A stretch of DNA of 64,000 nucleotides from Bilabrum cf. latius (Eukaryota). The notes under the pieces were generated by a model. It was not told the origin of the DNA. It made no database searches and saw only the letters and a program-made list of their open reading frames with translations. The stretch is from the NCBI GenBank assembly GCA_965178125.1, contig OZ237749.1:496001-560000 (forward strand), read 5' to 3'. Shown piece by piece: positions 60,663 to 64,000 of this stretch (position 1 is its first letter; every line of letters begins with the position of its first letter). A program made the translations under genes and the position numbers.

Positions 60663-63600
60663 GGAACGTTCCCGGTTAGGTTCGCTAAAAATTCCCAGAT
60701 CGCGAGATTTGTATTCCCGCCTTTCACTCCATTCTGTGAACAAAATTACTCGTAACAAAGATGACCGTTTATTCATGTAGCAAAGATGCATTTCTGTTGG
60801 TTAGATTCTCAGTTTATACTTTGCGGAATGGGATCATGTGGAGAGAGATCCTGCAAGATTTGTGATTTTCTTAAAGGGGTAGATCCACTGGTAATAGGGT
60901 GCATGTCGACGCGCACCGCCCATATTGTGCTTTTACGGAGCTCTTAGACGGGATTACATCCACCGGCGGCTGTCATGAAGACGTAAGAGGTCTTGCTGGG
61001 GACCATGAATGCAGTTGCAGTTGAGCAACCCAACTTGACAATTTAGCGTATTTGGTTCGCAATGCTTGCTGCAGGGTCGTCACGGTGCCATAGGAGGATT
61101 GTATTGATCGTATACATTGCATTCCGAGGGATGTGACGTCCCGATTGAGAGTGTTTTACCACGGAAAAGAGCCTGTGAACAAAACTAAACTGAAGAAAGA
61201 GGTGAGTGTCTAGCATGTATATTGCATGACTAGCACCTATTCACGGGGCCGTTTGAACTTTAATTGATATAAATGATATCATACCTTACTGTCAGCTTCA
61301 CTAGATCACCACTACACGCACACCAACGCAGGTCAGCAAAGCAGTGTATCATTGGAAAGTTCCCATTCAAGCCCTATGGAAGAAAGAATGGCAGTTTTCA
61401 AGGGCCCAATCTTACATTAAAAACAAATTGGGACGTGAATAGGGGGATGCTCCTGTTTCGGTCCAATCATTATAGGAAGCACCCGGCAGCAGCGAGCCAG
61501 GCATGAAGGGCTTTGCCAACATCGCATCCATAGGAAGAGGCATGCTGCTTCCAAGACGTCTAGCTGAATCTATTAGGCGATTTTGTAAAAGCAAATCAGA
61601 GGAATTGCAGAAGCCAAAGTCGGCCGGGAAACGCCAACGTGAGGATGCGACTGCGGTGCAGCTGCCGCAGGCTGTGCGCGGCCGTGTGGAGTCCAAGGAT
61701 GCTCCAGCGGCTACTAATGAAAGCGGGGCAGGGTAGCTCTTGCATAGTAGTAGCGTGGATTATCTCGAAAGCTAGAAATCGCTTTCGAAGGCCGAATCAG
61801 ACGAGTCCGCCAAAGTCCGCGATCTGCATGCGACCATGAAGATCGACATGTTGTTCGAGCTGGTGGCCAAATTTCACGTCGAAATCATGCGTATGCATCA
61901 GCCTGATGTGCATATGACGGCTGAAGAGCATTTAAAATCGTGCAATAGGCTAGAAGAAGCTTTGGGGGAGCACGTCAAGGTGGATTTGCGACCTGGCTCA
62001 ACCAGCAAGAATTCGTAGCACTACTCGCTGGTCTTCACCATGCCAAACGGGAAGGAGATCGCCGTGAAAAATAGCAGCAGGAAGAGCGTCTTATCTGGAA
62101 AGGGTGCCGATGAGGGTCTCGATACGTGGTGCAAGCAGACGTTCTTGTCCGGGGAGTCATACTCGAGCGTGGTAGGCAAGCAACAAGCAGGCTAGCTCAC
62201 TCCGCGCGTGTCTTCGGATCGCTATGACCGCGCCCGCAAGGCAATAGAGCCATTCATCTTCAAGCACTTCGAACAAGTGCTCGCCAAGCACAGGGACTTG
62301 CTCAAATCTCAGCTCGAGGCGGAGCATAGAGCGACTGGCAAGGGCGCCAACCTGGCTATTGCGACTGACGGTGCATACCAGTACAGGGCAAAGCTATCGT
62401 CGCAGCGAGCGATTGTACTCATGTGTGGTCGAGCTAGCCCGGCTCACGAGTGGCTTTTGATTGATCTCGCCCTTGCGGAGGCGGCGAACCGTGCATCAGA
62501 TGTCAAGAAAGTTGCTGAGTCGCTCGGCGCAACTGGTGCGACCTTGGAGGATGGCAGCGACCTGCCTGACATTGACAAGTTGCTGTGTGTCTCAGAGCTA
62601 GAGGCCAAGCTACAGGAGGAGTTTACCCTGCACAACCATTCTGTCAGTGACTAGACCGAGCAGAGGTTTGGAACTGCCTTCCCAGAAGGGTTCGGACCAG
62701 CAGCAGTGTACAAGGTCCTCTGCAACTCGCAGGCAATCGAGACGATCATGCACGAGGTTCGCGGACAGAGCATCGGAAAATTCATTCAAGAGATCGAGGC
62801 AGTCACTAAGCTTGCCAGCGTGACGCTAATTCATGACGGCGACTCCGCCAGTGTTGATGCTCTCCGCTCCGCCATTCTCGAGTTCACGAAGGTGCTCATC
62901 CTAGTGTCGTACGATCTGTTCCACAAGATGAAGTCCGAACAGAAGTATGTCGTCACGAAGGGGGCAATAGATGATGCTCGCCTTTTGGGGAACCCTGCAT
63001 GCGAAAGAGCGGCAGCATCGCTTCAGTCGTTCGCACATTTGCTCCGACCGACTGACGGTGGTGCCCCGCCCGCAGCTGCTCTTGCATTGCCGCAACCAAG
63101 CACGGATGATACCGTCGCTGTATTCATTCCTGGGACGAGGTCTGTGATTAGTTGCACATACACTGTTCCTGTTGACGGCAAGGTGGAGGCTAAGGGACTT
63201 CTGGCAGCGATCAAGCACGGCATGTCTGCTGAGCAGTGGAAGCCGTTCAAGGGGCTTACCCTCGATAAACTGACCACCAAGTTTCGGTACTTTGGCGGCA
63301 CTTCTGCAACACTATCCGAGCAGCAAGGTTACCGTCCGATAACGAAGTTCGAGAAGAGTTCACACTCCTATCAGTTTATGCCAGCTGCAGGCCGTCGTCG
63401 TCGGGCGTGCACTCGACCGAAGCATGGGAAGGCAAAACCGAGAGCGCCCAAATTCTTCGGTCCAACGTCGTCATCCTCATCTAGCTCTAGTTCGTCATCT
63501 TCATCTAGCTCTAGTTCGGCAGTATCAGCTGCAACAGCTCCGATTATACAGGCGCGCACGTCAGTCACGAGCCACATTGCCACGCCGGTCGTCACCACCA

Positions 63601-64000
63601 AAGTGGCTCGATACATTGCTCGACGGAGCAACGCAAGCAGCACCCGAGCGGACGTGTCAGAATTTGATCGCATCAGTAGGGAGCGGAAAGGTCTGGGTGA
63701 TGGTATTACGGAGGCGCAAGCAGTTGCTTGGCTTGAATGCAACCGACAGGGGGGCGTTGATGCTCATGATGGATTCGAGAGTCTCATGCTCAATGGTGTG
63801 GCCAAGCTCCCTGTTGACGTGGCATTGTAGCTCATGATTTGGATTCTTCACTTTGCAAAGGATGGGTACGGTTTGTGGGCTGCAGAGTACAGAACGGGGT
63901 ACAAGCCAGCACTGCTTGGTGGCTCTGTCGACTGGGTGCTGCAGCACGTTAGCAAGAGTGACCTCATGGTCATTGATTTCAAGCGCTGGCATTTTATTGA
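60663..64000 (+). mobile_element. Probable Mutator-like DNA transposon, running off the window
   Basis: Starts exactly where TIR homology ends and contains a transposase-like frame. The far end is not visible. Confidence 0.5.
61257..64000 (+). CDS. Mutator-like (MULE/Phantom-type) transposase, partial
   Basis: ORFs 61503, 61836, 62208 and 62706 share one frame across TAGs. LAIATDGAYQYRAKLSS, LIHDGDSA and YDLFHKMK resemble the DG-W-x-x-RG, DGD and CxxHxxK motifs. Confidence 0.55.

Noticed and set aside
60657-60670. Target-site duplication of the virophage
   Set aside because: Bases after 60662 (GGAACG) match neither the flank at 37377-37382 nor the bases before 37600 or 37923.
60124-60791. 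ORFs spanning the right TIR (and mirrored ORFs at 37925-38155)
   Set aside because: They cross repeat DNA, lack the promoter motif and show no domain. Only the part from ATG 60237 belongs to the integrase.
1-64000. Mass pseudogenisation as the cause of broken ORFs
   Set aside because: Interruptions are almost exclusively TAG, occur in essential genes, keep the frame and fall at Gln positions.
1-64000. TAG as pyrrolysine, Leu or Glu; or ciliate-type TAA+TAG=Gln
   Set aside because: Poly-Q, NCQ and QGTGKS contexts point to Gln. TAA is seen only as a terminator in the genes I traced.

Overview
Eukaryotic, intron-containing, gene-dense and GC-rich protist DNA. The gene style and the mobile elements resemble a Cafeteria-like heterotrophic flagellate; host identity is inference. 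The supplied ORF track is fragmented because this genome appears to read TAG as glutamine while TAA and TGA remain stops. Consecutive ORF fragments join in one frame across TAG, and TAG sits in a CAG poly-Q run and at conserved Gln sites (NCQ, P-loop QGTGKS, ELQ). 1-37.4 kb holds host genes: RMDN-like, QRT3-like, MAPEG, ABCG/PDR transporter, arylsulfatase, PRORP, SF1/BBP, bL20, coiled-coil protein, PPDK and an RNA-ligase-like protein. About 37.4-60.7 kb is an AT-richer endogenous virophage with terminal inverted repeats, MCP, penton, Cys protease, packaging ATPase, pPolB, SF3 helicase and rve integrase, all using TAG=Gln. A complete 5.4 kb Ngaro (tyrosine-recombinase) retrotransposon is nested inside it, and a Mutator-like transposon abuts its right TIR; both also use TAG=Gln. 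The virophage intergenic regions carry a TATAGTATA promoter-like motif and a covarying mini-hairpin element. All family assignments are from motif recognition by eye; no searches were run.
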